DNA of 64,000 nt from an uncultured Nitrososphaeraceae archaeon (lineage in GTDB: Archaea > Thermoproteota > Nitrososphaeria > Nitrososphaerales > Nitrososphaeraceae). Both the position numbers and the translations under genes were made by a program. The notes below the pieces were generated by a model that made no database searches, was not told the DNA's origin, and was given only the letters and a program-made list of their open reading frames with translations. Where the stretch lies: the NCBI GenBank assembly GCA_963728595.1, contig CAVSLF010000004.1:34014-98013 (forward strand). The letters are read 5' to 3'. Positions 20,642-31,504 of the stretch are shown here, in pieces (position 1 is the first letter of the stretch; each line of letters opens with the position of its first letter).

Positions 20642-21629
20642 GTGAGAAAAACTTCACCTATTTTATCTTCAAGAGCATTATTTGCTCTTTTTGCACTTCT
20701 AGTATTCGCGATACTGGCTGTACCAATATTTGCTTACGCTCAGTTAAATAACACAAATACAACCAATTCGCAGAGAATTGGTGTAAAGATAACGTCTCCA
20801 AAAGTTAATCAGACAGTCCCGATTGGAGAACTTACCGTCAATGGAACATCTTCAGATTCTCCCCAGACTAATTGTCAGGTATTTGTTGACTTGAATGATA
20901 CTAAACCAATGCAAAATGTGACCGGAGTTGGACTGGGAGGGCCAAAGGACTACTCCAACTGGACTTTTACTTACACTCAAAACTATCATCTGATAGATAA
21001 AGGAGTGAATGAATTAACCTCAAAAATCTCGTGTTATCATAATTTGGGCGCTGGCAATGTGACAACGAAGTATTACAGCATTAACATTACGGGGACAGAC
21101 AACCCTACCAGCTTTATTCCCTCTACAGGAAATTTGAGTGTTAATAACTCCACTACAGGATTCCAAAGCATAGCATACTCTACCGTATTACCTCAGTATT
21201 CTACTATCGATACCAACAATTCGAAATCTCTTGATGAGAATGTTATCAATAACACGGAATCTTTGGTTTATGAACCTACTGGTAATGTTTATTCTGGTAA
21301 ATAATGACAATAGTAATGACAATAGTAATGACAATAGTAATGACAATAACGACAATAACGATCGAAGGTCATCGTCAAACCCCGGTGATTCTAAGCATGA
21401 CGATGATTCTAATTCAAATAATAATAATGATAATGGTGACGACAAGAACAAGGACAGTGAGAAAACTAAATCCCATTCTGCAGAGCATTCAAAAACGTTG
21501 AAAGTCGAAAAAATCAAGCACACAGCTAACAAATTGAAACATGAAGAACATCATAAAAATCTGAGCAAATACATCCATAATGTGGTAAAGGAAAAACTAC
21601 ATCGTATGACAGAAAGAATATCTGATTAA
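20642..21629 (+). CDS. Secreted Ig-like domain protein with Asn/Asp-rich tail (split by a frameshift near 21300)
   Basis: Signal peptide ending AYA; VKITSP..TV.GTSSD..C.V..WTF..NELTSKISC; removing one A in GGTAAATAAT joins 20642-21304 to the 21231-21629 frame. Confidence 0.75.
21302..21360 (+). repeat. 12-bp tandem repeat encoding an Asn/Asp/Ser tract
   Basis: TAATGACAATAG three times plus degenerate copies. Confidence 0.9.
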
Positions 21630-21840
21630 TCAGCTAGTCGATTGTGAGCAGGTGAGAAACTTACCAAGTTTCAAGCTCAAATAGAGTTTAGGAGTTTCGA
21701 CCAAGTTAAAGAAAACAAAAAACAATTAATCTTTTGCTCTCGTTGCTTGTCTAGATATTTAAACGATGCACAAACTTATATGAGAGCAAGAGAATAATTT
21801 AGATGCATATCTTTACGTCAAAGTTAGATCATGAAATAAT

Positions 21841-22170
21841 ATGAGTTCAAACAACAATAAACAGTTCGCCTTCAATCAGCTGATCTGGATCGTAATTTCA
21901 ATAGGGATAAGTCTTGCAATCTCTAGGTTATTACCATTTCCAATATCGATAGTAGCTATAGTGGGCGTATTCATACTGCTAGGTTACTTTATGAGAAAGA
22001 GAACGATGGGAAAAATGGGGATGAGAGGTGGACTAACAGGAATGTCTGGTTCAACATCTCGAGCGCCCGGAAACAATTCATTGAAATACTATTGCATGAA
22101 CTGCGGCACGGAACACAAACAAATTGAATGTCCAAAATGTGGTTCGAAGCTGAAAAGAGTTGGATCATGA
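21841..22170 (+). CDS. Membrane protein with C-terminal zinc ribbon
   Basis: Two TM segments; YYCMNCG...CPKCGSK. Confidence 0.85.
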   Translation: MSSNNNKQFAFNQLIWIVISIGISLAISRLLPFPISIVAIVGVFILLGYFMRKRTMGKMGMRGGLTGMSGSTSRAPGNNSLKYYCMNCGTEHKQIECPKCGSKLKRVGS

Positions 22171-22548
22171 TCAAGATCCTTGGATGCTCAAGACAATAAG
22201 GAAAATGTACCTGCCCATAGACCTCAGAAAATCCAAAAATGATGCTTAATGTATGTCGCGTACGTTCTTCTAAATCTTAGTATTGCTTTTCCACTTTCGT
22301 AATTACGAAGCCTAAAACGGTAACGATCCCAAGTACGCGACTATCTTCAAGAAAAGATATGGATAGAAGGCGAATTATTGAAGATAATATCTCCGGCGTA
22401 GTGATAACGTCAAAATAAACAATACCTCGTTAGAAAATATCATAAAATAGTCGATTCATCTCAGTTACAGCACTCTTATTTTCATGAACTAGGAAATAAT
22501 ATTAGTCTCCGTCACAATTTCTCTCCTCGTCCATCACCGTGGCCAACC

Positions 22549-22905
22549 CTACACAATTTGGAGATTGCTAGAGGGGGGAGGCTGTGGAACTATGAGGGTA
22601 TTGTTTCTACCATTGTCATTAAGACTTAGCCCGAAACACTTTTCTACGCCATCTTGAAATGCGTTTAGGTCAAGATTGCCTGATTGAAGATTATTTAGAA
22701 GGCTTTCCATACAAGCATTGGGATTGTTAAGATCAAGTGACTGAGTTGGATAAATATGAACCGCATGTCCTGGTTTCATTACAATAACAGTTACCCGATG
22801 ATTAAACGAATTTGAATTATCGCCATGGAATAAGAATACAGTAACAGGTATTAAAATAGAGAAGAATAGAAGAGCATAGAAGATATACCACGCTTTATCG
22901 TTCAT
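22549..22905 (-). CDS. Membrane-anchored hypothetical protein
   Basis: One N-terminal TM segment, Cys pair; start placed at MNDKAW. Confidence 0.65.
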   Translation of the reverse strand: MNDKAWYIFYALLFFSILIPVTVFLFHGDNSNSFNHRVTVIVMKPGHAVHIYPTQSLDLNNPNACMESLLNNLQSGNLDLNAFQDGVEKCFGLSLNDNGRNNTLIVPQPPPSSNLQIV

Positions 22906-23083
22906 ATAAATTAAAATCGATTTTTCTAAATTTATAGCTTTGTATTGCATGGTTGCATTTGATTTAATAATTCAAGAATTTTGATAATAGAATTAAGATG
23001 ACACCTATTCTGTTTAGTCCGCCTATTGGTTGAAAAGCATTTTGAAATGATCAAAGGTTTATCGTAATCGAAATTATTGTTCA

Positions 23084-23266
23084 TCAAATTTTCTGCATAT
23101 ATACCTTCATTTTTTCTCTCATCTCTGGCTTCATTGCATCTTCTACATTTAGTTCATGGATCTTTACAACGTGACCTACTACCTGCATCATCAACTCTTC
23201 CTGAGTATCCGCCCATCCTACAAATTCACAGTCTATATCAACATCCCTACAGGATACTGTTCACAT
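23084..23266 (-). pseudogene. DUF1059-like small metal-binding protein with TGA at codon 2
   Basis: M*TVSCRDVDIDCEFVGWADTQEELMMQVVGHVVKIHELNVEDAMKPEMREKMKVYMQKI: C-x6-C...EEL...H-x4-H pattern. Confidence 0.7.
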
Positions 23267-24130
23267 AATCTAGTCATACAAAACTTGATTATTTAAGTCA
23301 AGTTTAACAAAGTTTAGCGACAAAGAGGTCAACCCCAATTGTGATCTTCCTTCAATCAGCATCAAATAACGCTATAGACGGTTCATTAGTGTTCAAAGTT
23401 CACCAAAAAGATTGAACAGATGCATTAAAAGGGCCCTGTACCCGAGTAGCAAAAAGCCATGATATCTCTCAAGAATGGAAGTATTGGGACTGATTTTTTC
23501 TCATGACTAATTCAAGTACCCCAATAATGTAATAAAATGAGTTAATTAGTTAAGGAATATAATTCTAAAAACGTTTTGATTTATATCGTCATACTGAAAA
23601 GGTTTAAGGATTGTATAATGACGGTTATAAATTGTAACTAAGTCTCCGAATGTTCCCTTGCATTATTAGAACTATTCTAGGCACTCAATTTGCAAATCGT
23701 GCGCAAAATTATGTTTGAAGTGTACAATCTTTTGCCAAATCATTCGTTCCTAATATCTCGATTTTTGGTAAAAAAGATAGTTGGATTTGTGGGGCCTCAA
23801 AACGAGCCTATGGCATAATCCTAACTTTACTTCTTACCTCAGGAGTAGGTGTATGCCAATTTCAATGAAAACTAACCTATGCGACTACGGAAAACACATG
23901 GACCTTAGTTATTTGCAGAATCTGAAAGAGAGATCAACGGCAAATAGATTCGTATCCCCATAAAAGGAAAACTGTCACCACAAGCAGTTGGTTTAATTCG
24001 TTGCAGAGTACCAAGCATTTTGATATTGCCATAGTTTATGGTATACTGCGTCTAATTGTACCATCTAGTGGGATGTGGGATCATCTTATAGTATGAAGAG
24101 TGGTAAAGCTAAAATTTATGACTATGGGAC

Positions 24131-25307
24131 TTAAGTTCCAAAAATCTTTATTTCTGAGATACTTACCCAATCACTTTCTGAGGGTCCAGTAACTGTGATC
24201 CGCACGTACCTTGAAATTATATCATGCAGGTTATACCCTTCGAAATCTGGGGCGCTTTCAGTGCTTCTGTGAGTCCGGACATCAGTGAATGAGTTACTGT
24301 CATTAGAGACCGAAATAATGAAATCAGTTGTTGCTCATTTCCTATATACCATGAAACATTGACGCTACACAATTCAGCTTCCTTACCCAAATCCAGAGTA
24401 ATAGAGGATTTAGGATCATGATTTGCCCATCTTGTTGTGACATTATTATCAATGACATTCTGTGGTGGGAAATCAGCTTGATTTCCAGAAGCTTTGACGG
24501 TACTTATCACTAAAGGGTGCATGAAAGAGTTTGAATTGTTGATGAAGGTCCAGATTGAGATGCAGTGGCCGATGAGGTAGGAACAAGAATACCAAAGACT
24601 TTAGCTTCCGAGATACTCACCCAATCACTTAGAGAAGAACCAGTTACTGTTATCTGCAGATATCTTGAGGCTATGTCTGGAAGATCATATCTTTCAGATT
24701 CTGAAGAGGTTCCGCTGCTTGAATTCATAACTAGGGGCTTCCAAGATTCAGTATCATTTGAAACCGATATCGTAAAATTAATGACACGTTCATTCCCTCT
24801 ATACCAGGCAATATCAATATTACACAGGAATCTTTCTGCACCAAAATCAAAGGTTATGAATGAACCCAAGCCTAGATTTGACCATCTAGTATTGAAATTA
24901 TTATCAATCGCGTTCTTTGCCGGTGAACTAGATTGACTTCCACTCGCCATGATGTTAGATATCGCCAACTGATTACACGAGCTAAAGTTAGCAGAATAGT
25001 CTCTCAAGAAATTTGGAATATCCATCTTGTTGTTTGCTAAAGTAGTAGAATTTATGAGAGGAGGCTGAACTTGTGGAAATTGAGCTTGGTCTGGAGATTG
25101 AACTTGAGGTTGGGCTATTTGAGGTGAAGACATTTGAGGTGGGAAGAGAGGGGCTTGCAAAGTATTATTACTAAGGGAAGGTAAAGGTAAAGGCATTTCC
25201 ATCTGACCACTGGCGATCGAAAATGTGAGAAAACTCATGCTTAATGAGGCGGCGGAGATCATGGACAAAGTGAGGTAAAAGCATCCAATGAAAGCTGTAC
25301 GTGCCAT
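24131..25307 (-). CDS. Secreted tandem discoidin (F5/8 type C) domain protein, two frameshifts (near 24515 and 24330); possibly a pseudogene
   Basis: Signal plus Pro/Gln linker; NAIDNNFNTRWS...WYRGNER...RYLQITVTG..WVSISE; second domain reconstructs across frames to RYVRITVTGPSESDWVSISEIKIFGT*. Confidence 0.8.
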
Positions 25308-25697
25308 TAGTTTTCTTATTCGGGAATGGCCTTATCAGACGATTTGTGCAATCATATAGTCAATTTAGTTAGTGATAGTTTGCATTAGAACCAATTCGTC
25401 CAGGAGTGTGATCTTATCTGTACCTTACAAGAATTAGATCGGAATCGTTGTGTTCTAATCACTTCAGAAAAGATAGTCTACCTGGAATATTCTCTAGAAT
25501 GATAATACATCTTTAAAGGACATAGCTTCTTTAGTCAATGAACATCTTCTTCTTTGGTCAAAAAATGTGGAAGGTCTTAAAATTCATATTCTCCAATGCT
25601 AGAAATGGACGGCATCGCAATCGTATACTCATATCTCAAGTGTAGAATATTTGGGACATATCTTCATTAATGGGTTACTATCCAGATAAAATACAGG

Positions 25698-26525
25698 ATG
25701 GACTTCAGAATTTTGATGTTCTCAATTCTCATTTCCTTGTTTTCATTATCCGCAATTTTTTCCATGTCGGAATATCCAAACACAGTTCCCGCATATCTAC
25801 CCGTATTTGCCCAAGACAATGACGTATATTTTCCTGATTACTTGTTAACAAATAATTCAGAAACAACCAATAATGATTCAAATCAGTCCTCAGAATCTGA
25901 AGGTCTTTTACCCCAAGATTCATATGGTTCAGAAGGAAGTGGTTGCGTACCTTCCACTCTGCAAAATAGCAATGAATGTTTTGCAACATATGAGAATTCT
26001 ACATACGGAATTAAAATTAATTATCCAAGTACATGGAACAAAGTTACTCCTTATTCTGATGAAAAGTATACAACTGTATTTGTACAAGAATTCGACAAAC
26101 CGGACTCCAGCGCTTACGTTATAGTGGGCGTAGATTATTTCAATTTCGAAACCACTCCATCAACCTACCTAGCTCGACTAATTCAAAACTACCGGACACA
26201 GCTTAAGGATTTCACACTAATTTCTTCAGATTTGAACTCTGTTCAACTGGCAGGTATTCTAGGTTATGAAGTTCTCTATACATTTAGTGGTGATAATGAT
26301 GAAGTAATATTAACAAGGCAGCTAGGGGCAGTGATTCCAGGAACTTCCACGGCATATCAAATTACTTACTCAGCTGAAGTAACAGAGTATCCTGGATCTG
26401 AAGATTACTTGAATACAATGATTGATTCTATAGAGTTGAACCTGAAAGGTGCAAATGTGACTGCTCCTTCTAACTTGCAAGATCTAGACTACTTTATTCA
26501 CGTCTATGATGGAGGGGTGATTTAA
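25698..26525 (+). CDS. Secreted PsbP-like domain protein
   Basis: Signal peptide; TYENSTYGIKINYPSTW...AYQITYSAE...MIDSIEL. Confidence 0.8.
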   Translation: MDFRILMFSILISLFSLSAIFSMSEYPNTVPAYLPVFAQDNDVYFPDYLLTNNSETTNNDSNQSSESEGLLPQDSYGSEGSGCVPSTLQNSNECFATYENSTYGIKINYPSTWNKVTPYSDEKYTTVFVQEFDKPDSSAYVIVGVDYFNFETTPSTYLARLIQNYRTQLKDFTLISSDLNSVQLAGILGYEVLYTFSGDNDEVILTRQLGAVIPGTSTAYQITYSAEVTEYPGSEDYLNTMIDSIELNLKGANVTAPSNLQDLDYFIHVYDGGVI

Positions 26526-26531
26526 GACTCA

Positions 26532-27779
26532 ATGTTTTGCTATAGCCTCCTTACTGCGAATAAAACTTCTGAACTGTTATTTGTCCATGCCAAACAGGTG
26601 GTAAACCGTAAAGAATATTCGTCACTTGTGTTAAAACAATACCAGAAAAAGGCTCTCTTGCTTTCCATTTCAATGCTTGCGGTAACCGCCTCTCTGTTTT
26701 ATCTTATGAATTTCCACGAAGTATTCGCTACTCCTGTTCAAAATTTAGGACCCAATGCTACAACAACTAATTCCTCAAATTCAGAAAGGTCGCAGGAATT
26801 ATTTGATAAAGTCAAGAATTCTGTAGTAAGAATAGACACACTGGTTCAGTATGTTAATCCTCGTATTACCGTGAATGATGAACCATTCCTTCAAGAACCA
26901 TCAGGTTCAATTGGATCAGGATTCGTATATGACAAGAGTGGAAAGATCGTTACTAATTATCATGTAGTACAAGGTGCCCAAGCCATATTGATAAAATTTC
27001 TGAATGGTAACGGTTATAAAGGCACTATTGTTGGTGTAGAACCTCTTATAGACCTGGCCGTTATTCAGCTGGACCCTTCTGCCTTATACAACGAAAAGAT
27101 TGTACCCTTGCCTCTAGCTAATCCTTCAGAAATTAGAATTGGAACTCCGGTCGTGGCTATAGGAAACCCAATTGGTCTGACAGGATCAATGACGGAAGGC
27201 ATAATTAGTCAGGTTGGAAGGATTCAAAAAGGGTTATTTTTTCCAGATTCCTGGGTTGGAGACTTGATTCAGACTGATGCTCCAATTACCCACGGGAATT
27301 CTGGTGGACCTCTGTTAAATTTTGATGGAGAGGTCGTTGGTGTAAACGATAGAGGGGTTACGGCTGACATCAGCTCTCAGACAACAGAACCGAATATTGG
27401 ATTAGCAATCTCATCAGGAACAGTAAAACGGGTAGTGGACTTAATAATTGCAAATGGTAGTTATGATGCCCCGTACCTGGGAGTACTTGTTTCAGATATT
27501 CCCGCTTTTTTCCCTGAAAAAGTCGGTTTAAGTGAAGCAAAAGGTGCCTATGTATTATCGGTCTTGCCTGATAGTCCAGCGTCCAGAACGAAAATCGAAT
27601 CCGATAATGTTATAATAAAAGCTGATGATATGTTAATAAAAGACAAGGCTGATCTAATAAATTACATACAAACTAAGTCTCCTGGGGATAATCTTGCGTT
27701 AACAATAATTGATAACGTTGGAGTGACCAAGGCATATGATTTGAATTTGGAGTCTATGCCTGCGGAATTCGGTGGCTAG
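26532..27779 (+). CDS. htrA: HtrA/DegP-family serine protease with PDZ domain
   Basis: GSGFVYD, VTNYHVV, DLAVI, AIGNPIGL, IQTDAPITHGNSGGPL, C-terminal PDZ; TM anchor. Confidence 0.93.
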   Translation: MFCYSLLTANKTSELLFVHAKQVVNRKEYSSLVLKQYQKKALLLSISMLAVTASLFYLMNFHEVFATPVQNLGPNATTTNSSNSERSQELFDKVKNSVVRIDTLVQYVNPRITVNDEPFLQEPSGSIGSGFVYDKSGKIVTNYHVVQGAQAILIKFLNGNGYKGTIVGVEPLIDLAVIQLDPSALYNEKIVPLPLANPSEIRIGTPVVAIGNPIGLTGSMTEGIISQVGRIQKGLFFPDSWVGDLIQTDAPITHGNSGGPLLNFDGEVVGVNDRGVTADISSQTTEPNIGLAISSGTVKRVVDLIIANGSYDAPYLGVLVSDIPAFFPEKVGLSEAKGAYVLSVLPDSPASRTKIESDNVIIKADDMLIKDKADLINYIQTKSPGDNLALTIIDNVGVTKAYDLNLESMPAEFGG

Positions 27780-28014
27780 TTCCTTTGTGACTAAGACAGA
27801 ATAAGGACAACTTGTCAATCATTTACGACCCTATAATGTAAGTCTTCTATTCTTGGTTACATCTTTTACAATATTGCATACTGGTTTTGCCTTCATTTCG
27901 TGTAGGAATATAGCATAAATGAACCTAACATGAGATCTACATTTTATCCCTCATCTGATTTATATGAATTCCGAATAATGTACGCAACTCGTAACGTAAA
28001 GCATTGGTCCTAGA

Positions 28015-28755
28015 TCAATGGGGCGAGTACGCCTTGCTAGCAGCATCGTAGTATTTTTGGGCTTCTTCTGAATCACCCAACTCTTCTAACGCGAACCCCT
28101 TATTCATCAATATTTGGACATTACCAGGATCAATTTTTAGCGCTAAATCAAAGAATGATATCGCCTTCAAACAATTCCCCTTTGACACTTGCACACAACC
28201 CTTCCCATTAATTGCATCCGCATTAATCGGGTCGATTTTCAAGATCTCATCATAACAGCCTTCAGCTTGGTCATACTCTTGTAGATTCATGTGTGCAAAA
28301 GCTTTGTCGCACCACGCTCCAATGTTTCCAGTCGAAAGCCTCAGACATTCGTCATAGCATGAAATTGCATCCTTTAACTTGTTCAATCGCTTGAAGACAA
28401 GGCCCTTGTTATGCCATAATTTAGAATTACTCGGATCCAGCCCAGTTGCTTCATCGTAACATCTTTTTGCTTCACTCATATTGTCAACATTATTGTAAAC
28501 TGCACCAAGATTAATCCAGGCCTCTACTACATCAGGATAAACTTTAGTCGCGTATAGAAGATACTTCTCAGCGTCATTAAAGTTTTCCAATTGACCTAAG
28601 ACCTTGCCTAAGTTAATAAGCGCCTCCAGGTTTTCTGGATCGACTTCCAACGTTTTTTCGTAATACCTCTTGGCCTTTTCATGTTTCCCTTGCCTGTCTA
28701 ATGAATAAGCCATATTAATCCAATAATCTGGATCTTTTTTCTCTCGTTTACTCAT
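28015..28755 (-). CDS. Tetratricopeptide repeat protein
   Basis: About 7 TPR units (AWINLG, LWHNKG, AINGKG, LMNKG; DP turns). Confidence 0.92.
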   Translation of the reverse strand: MSKREKKDPDYWINMAYSLDRQGKHEKAKRYYEKTLEVDPENLEALINLGKVLGQLENFNDAEKYLLYATKVYPDVVEAWINLGAVYNNVDNMSEAKRCYDEATGLDPSNSKLWHNKGLVFKRLNKLKDAISCYDECLRLSTGNIGAWCDKAFAHMNLQEYDQAEGCYDEILKIDPINADAINGKGCVQVSKGNCLKAISFFDLALKIDPGNVQILMNKGFALEELGDSEEAQKYYDAASKAYSPH

Positions 28756-28955
28756 TATTTTGGCCCAGGCTAAGTATGTTTCATATTACAATTATAGTTG
28801 ATTTTAAAGAGTGTTGGGCGCGCCGTTGTGTATTTAAACATCGTTTTGGCAGAGTGTCATATTTTCCTGGCAATTCAACGGAACTTGCAGAGATCAATAT
28901 ATGTAACGGTAAAAGCTCTGAAAAACTTTTAAGGTTCGATATGATGTCTTTGCAC

Positions 28956-29180
28956 ATGGGACGCTCATTTGAGGAATGGTGGAGTACTGCTCCACTTGAA
29001 CTAAAGCAAAAAGCTCGCAAAGGGGACGAAGGAAATAAGCCGCTGCTGAATCAGATTAACTATGTCTTACTCCACCTCCATTTGTCAGGAAAACACGACT
29101 TAAAGCCTACACATGAAGAACTGAAAGACTGGCTTCACAGCGGCCAAGTTGACGTTATGCGAATGGAAAAGAAGAAGTAA
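28956..29180 (+). CDS. Small hypothetical protein
   Basis: MGRSFEEWW...PLLNQINYVLLHLHL...KPTHEELKDWLHSGQVD; start moved to internal ATG; T-rich terminator follows. Confidence 0.75.
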   Translation: MGRSFEEWWSTAPLELKQKARKGDEGNKPLLNQINYVLLHLHLSGKHDLKPTHEELKDWLHSGQVDVMRMEKKK

Positions 29181-29378
29181 AATACTATTCTATTCTCCTT
29201 TTTCTTTTTTTTGATACTGCAATGATAATTGGTAAGATTGTCTTGTCCATTTTTTAGAATGCACTAATTAGTCAATCATAAAAGTTATAGTTTCTGTTAA
29301 TCCAAGAGATTCTTCTCTATGTCAGGCAACTTATGTTTATTGTTGGTTATCAAAAAATCTGGTAGAGGTAGTATGCTC

Positions 29379-29597
29379 TCATTTATCCGAATTAAGGTTA
29401 CGTTTTGCAGCATTACAAATAATTTTGGCTACGTAATCTTCAATTCCTAAGATAGATGCCAAATCATCTGACTGTATTTTCAGTATTCGTCTACGAGTGA
29501 ATCCATAGTCTATCAATAGTTCCTTCAGACCATCAGCTAATTCTAATTCCATTACATCACTATATTTAACGCTGGATTGATAGGTCATAAAATCCAT
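29379..29597 (-). CDS. Stand-alone helix-hairpin-helix-like small protein
   Basis: ADGLKELLIDYGFT...DLASILGIEDYVAKII; paralog at 45808-46008. Confidence 0.75.
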   Translation of the reverse strand: MDFMTYQSSVKYSDVMELELADGLKELLIDYGFTRRRILKIQSDDLASILGIEDYVAKIICNAAKRNLNSDK

Positions 29598-29760
29598 AAG
29601 GACTTTATTATTTATATAGCTGATGACAATGATTGCATAAGGTTTAGTTAATTCTATATGATTTTACTTGTTCCTCACGCTATCGAAGCTGTACTCATGA
29701 TTTATTAGATAGAAAAATCTGAGGCCCCCAACTAAAATATGGTTTAGATTCCGCTTTCTG

Positions 29761-29949
29761 TTATTTCCTGTTCAACTCTTCAACTACGTTATAACACTCA
29801 CTTACATTCGCAATCTTTCGACACTCCTTAAATTGACTAGTATTTGAGTTTGCCTTCAAATCTAAATTTCTTCCCGCATTATAATTATAGACAGCTAAAA
29901 CTATCAATGAGATTATCATTATTAAGAGTAACAGATTACGAATTGTCAT
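29761..29949 (-). CDS. Small membrane-anchored protein
   Basis: N-terminal TM segment, Cys pair. Confidence 0.55.
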   Translation of the reverse strand: MTIRNLLLLIMIISLIVLAVYNYNAGRNLDLKANSNTSQFKECRKIANVSECYNVVEELNRK

Positions 29950-30468
29950 ATCATTATCGATCTAAGTCATGATATATGAATGAAGGTGTGGTTTTAAAAT
30001 AAAGCAAATTTTTCTGATACAAATAATCCAAACAGAGGAGTTCAGCATCCCATGTCTGGTGAGTAAACTACTACTGGCGTAGTATAGTAACGGGGGAATT
30101 GGACTAATTAATATTGAATTAAAAACTTGTAAGTCAGGTATGGAACACTGGAAGGTTTTGGACTCACCAGTTACATGACGACGTTATGGTATTATACGCT
30201 AAGGTCTCTATTAAGGATTAAAGTAGAAATTTCCTGATTCTTGCAGTGAAAATGTATTCAGACAAGGAATTAGAATAAGAATCTGTTGGAGGTTGCTAAC
30301 TTGAATAGACCTCTACCAGATGTATGGATGTTCTTGAAAGAACAAAAATATAAGCACAACATAGAATTTAACTACGTGAGGTCATAGACTTGACTAACGT
30401 CAATCGTAGTAATCACTTCCATTCCTTTACCTCTTTTTTTATCATCTATTTTCGTTTACATAACGCAC

Positions 30469-30555
30469 TTATACCAACCAATTGACAACTCCCAAGATAC
30501 CAGCTATGACTACAGCTCCAACTACCAATGCATAGAAAGCCTTGAGTATGTTCAT
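30469..30555 (-). CDS. 28-aa single-TM micropeptide (not in ORF track)
   Basis: MNILKAFYALVVGAVVIAGILGVVNWLV; TTTAATAAA upstream. Confidence 0.5.
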   Translation of the reverse strand: MNILKAFYALVVGAVVIAGILGVVNWLV

Positions 30556-30633
30556 GTCATAACAGTGAACTTGATTTATTAAAGCAGTTTATCAAAAGCA
30601 TAATATCCTTATGTAATTAGCTAATCATTCGGC

Positions 30634-30840
30634 TTAATTTGGGTTCTTTGAATAAATTGATTCTAAATATTCATTATCAACCTTCACAAATTCCTTCCCA
30701 CAACTATCACATCTGTAAATCCTTCCTTGAGCTGCTGATAGTGATTGAAACTTTACAGTACTCCCTTCTGCTTCAATACCGACTTCAGCTATAACACGTA
30801 AAAATCCTTCCTGACAAACTCGGCAGACAACATGTGACAT
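30634..30840 (-). CDS. Small zinc-ribbon protein
   Basis: CRVC...YRCDSCGKEF; start placed at MSHVV. Confidence 0.7.
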   Translation of the reverse strand: MSHVVCRVCQEGFLRVIAEVGIEAEGSTVKFQSLSAAQGRIYRCDSCGKEFVKVDNEYLESIYSKNPN

Positions 30841-31125
30841 AATCTTACAAAGATAGTCGTCCATATTACGGTTATTATGATACATCAAGACATGCCATAA
30901 AATCTGAAAAGCCTATAACTAGCACACTTTTATCATCAAATTAGAAAATGATAGCTCGTAAGGATAATTAGTCGAATTGAGCATATGAAATATTCGAAAG
31001 TGAAAAAAGGTATATATCAGTTTGTGCTGGGAACTGTCAGGTCTCGATTTGTTCAAGTTGGTACTAGGTTTGAACACTAAAAGTATAGTTTAGACGCTGT
31101 TTGGTACGGTCTGAAATTCGATCTA

Positions 31126-31374
31126 CTAGAAGATTTCTCTAACTATGAAATTGCTGGTAGAATTATCCAGTTCTGTTAGAGTAGCCTTGACCTCATCATC
31201 TACTTTGACCGTACCTAAATACCCAAAAACAAAGAACACTGCTATAATTACAGCAGCAACTCCCACAACGATAAAGATAAGTTGTCTATTTACCACGACT
31301 AAGATAGAACAGTCTATCTTATAAGAAGCAAACCTTGAGAGAGAACGTGACGGTAATGTGGTGTGTGGAGGCAA
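31126..31374 (-). CDS. Small single-TM protein
   Basis: NRQLIFIVVGVAAVIIAVFFVFGYLG; real start likely near VVNRQ. Confidence 0.55.
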   Translation of the reverse strand: MPPHTTLPSRSLSRFASYKIDCSILVVVNRQLIFIVVGVAAVIIAVFFVFGYLGTVKVDDEVKATLTELDNSTSNFIVREIF

Positions 31375-31504
31375 GCCTCAACACTGGCGTGCATGATTCC
31401 TGTAGTAATAATCACTCTTTGTAGTGGACAGAATCATGAGAGTTTGTAAATTCAAATGACTAATAGGACTAGAAGATTTTACAAATGGCGAAATAAACTA
31501 AAAC

